This document shows positions 13,637 through 14,361 of a DNA stretch of 14,361 nucleotides, one piece after another (the first letter of the stretch is position 1; the number at the start of each line of letters is the position of its first letter). The notes beneath the pieces were generated by a model that was given only the letters and a program-made list of their open reading frames with translations, was not told the DNA's origin and searched no databases. Position numbers and translations under genes: made by a program. This DNA comes from Candidatus Sigynarchaeum calidifontis. Its GTDB lineage: Archaea > Asgardarchaeota > Lokiarchaeia > Sigyniarchaeales > Sigyniarchaeaceae. The stretch lies in contig JAUQYZ020000046.1 in the NCBI GenBank assembly GCA_030587475.2, positions 1-14,361 on the forward strand, written 5' to 3'.

Positions 13637-14361
13637 ATGAAGTTAAAAATTGGAAAATTGCCCCCGGAGATCCTCAAGGATTTCGTGTACAAGTACACGA
13701 CAGCGAAGAGCGACCCTCGCGTCCGCAATATACCAGGCCCTGGCGATGATGCAGCCGTCATCGACATGGGACAGTATTGCATGGTGTCAAAAACCGATCC
13801 GATCACCATGGCCGTGGAAAACCTCGGTTATTACGTCGTCAACATAAACGCGAATGACGTGGTGACCAAGGGCGCAGTGCCACGATGGTTCCAATCCACT
13901 CTCCTCTTTCCCGAGGGTAGTTCCAAGGATGACGTGGAGCGCGTGTTTTTCGACATCAAGAAATCGTGCGAGGAACTCGGCGTGTCTGTCATCGGTGGCC
14001 ACACGGAGATAACTCCCGTGGTCACCAAGCCCGTGGCCATTGGTAACATGATGGGCGAGGTGCTTAAGCAGCCGCTTTCCACTGAAACGAAAAAAGGAGA
14101 GGTTGAAAAGGAGCGGCTCATCGATGCGACTCGCGTCGATGATGGCGACGACGTGATCCTCGTGAAAGGCATTGCTATCGAGGCAACGAGCTTGATCGCG
14201 ACTGAAAAACCGGACTTGCTCAAGGCCAAGGGATTTGATTCGGCCTTCATCAACAAGTGCAAGGAATTCCTGCGCAACCCGGGCATCAACGCATCCACGC
14301 CGGCCATCGCCGCGTTCAAGGCAGGGAAGATCCACGCCATGCACGATCCGACCGAGGGCGG
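13637..14361 (+). CDS. AIR synthase/PurM-like (HypE/ThiL/SelD superfamily) protein, 3'-truncated by the window end
   Basis: Absent from the ORF track because there is no stop in the window. Hand translation: MKLKIGKLPPEIL...GPGDDAAVID...SKTDPIT...VNINANDVVTKGAVPRWF...VIGGHTEIT...KGIAIEATS...IHAMHDPTEGG, all PurM-like motifs. Confidence 0.92.
   Translation, partial: MKLKIGKLPPEILKDFVYKYTTAKSDPRVRNIPGPGDDAAVIDMGQYCMVSKTDPITMAVENLGYYVVNINANDVVTKGAVPRWFQSTLLFPEGSSKDDVERVFFDIKKSCEELGVSVIGGHTEITPVVTKPVAIGNMMGEVLKQPLSTETKKGEVEKERLIDATRVDDGDDVILVKGIAIEATSLIATEKPDLLKAKGFDSAFINKCKEFLRNPGINASTPAIAAFKAGKIHAMHDPTEG

Noticed and set aside
13438-14344. ORF-track calls 13438-13749, 13650-13847, 13787-14344 and 13831-14340
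   Set aside because: The real gene is the unlisted open frame from ATG 13637 with clear PurM-like motifs.
1-14361. CRISPR array, IS/transposon, defence island, tRNA/rRNA/SRP RNA
   Set aside because: I saw no regularly spaced repeats, terminal inverted repeats, transposase or integrase motifs, or structural RNA consensus. The spacers are short, and the nurA lacks the HerA partner seen in HerA-based defence systems.

Overview
Archaeal chromosomal window, most likely from a GC-rich Asgard archaeon (Lokiarchaeia-like). This is inferred from archaeal information-processing genes occurring together with a Rab-signature small GTPase. Left part, + strand: the conserved archaeal cluster pus10 (5'-truncated), rpl21e, rpo4/rpoF, DUF655, rsmA/ksgA, HemK2-type methyltransferase, then trmJ. 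Middle, - strand: an orphan nurA, a Rab-like GTPase and carA. carB points away from carA across a 492-bp AT-rich spacer that holds candidate uORFs, hairpins and palindromes. Right part, + strand: galT, a CdrS-like ribbon-helix-helix protein and a 3'-truncated AIR-synthase/PurM-like gene. I saw no tRNA, rRNA, CRISPR or mobile element. The best leads are: (i) the head-to-head, eukaryote-type carA/carB pair with candidate leader-peptide control on both sides; (ii) a Rab-like GTPase with altered G3/G4 motifs beside a HerA-less nurA; (iii) a KsgA lacking the motif IV Asn; (iv) an eL21 gene with no usable ATG and a structured leader. All family calls come from motif recognition by eye; no searches were run.
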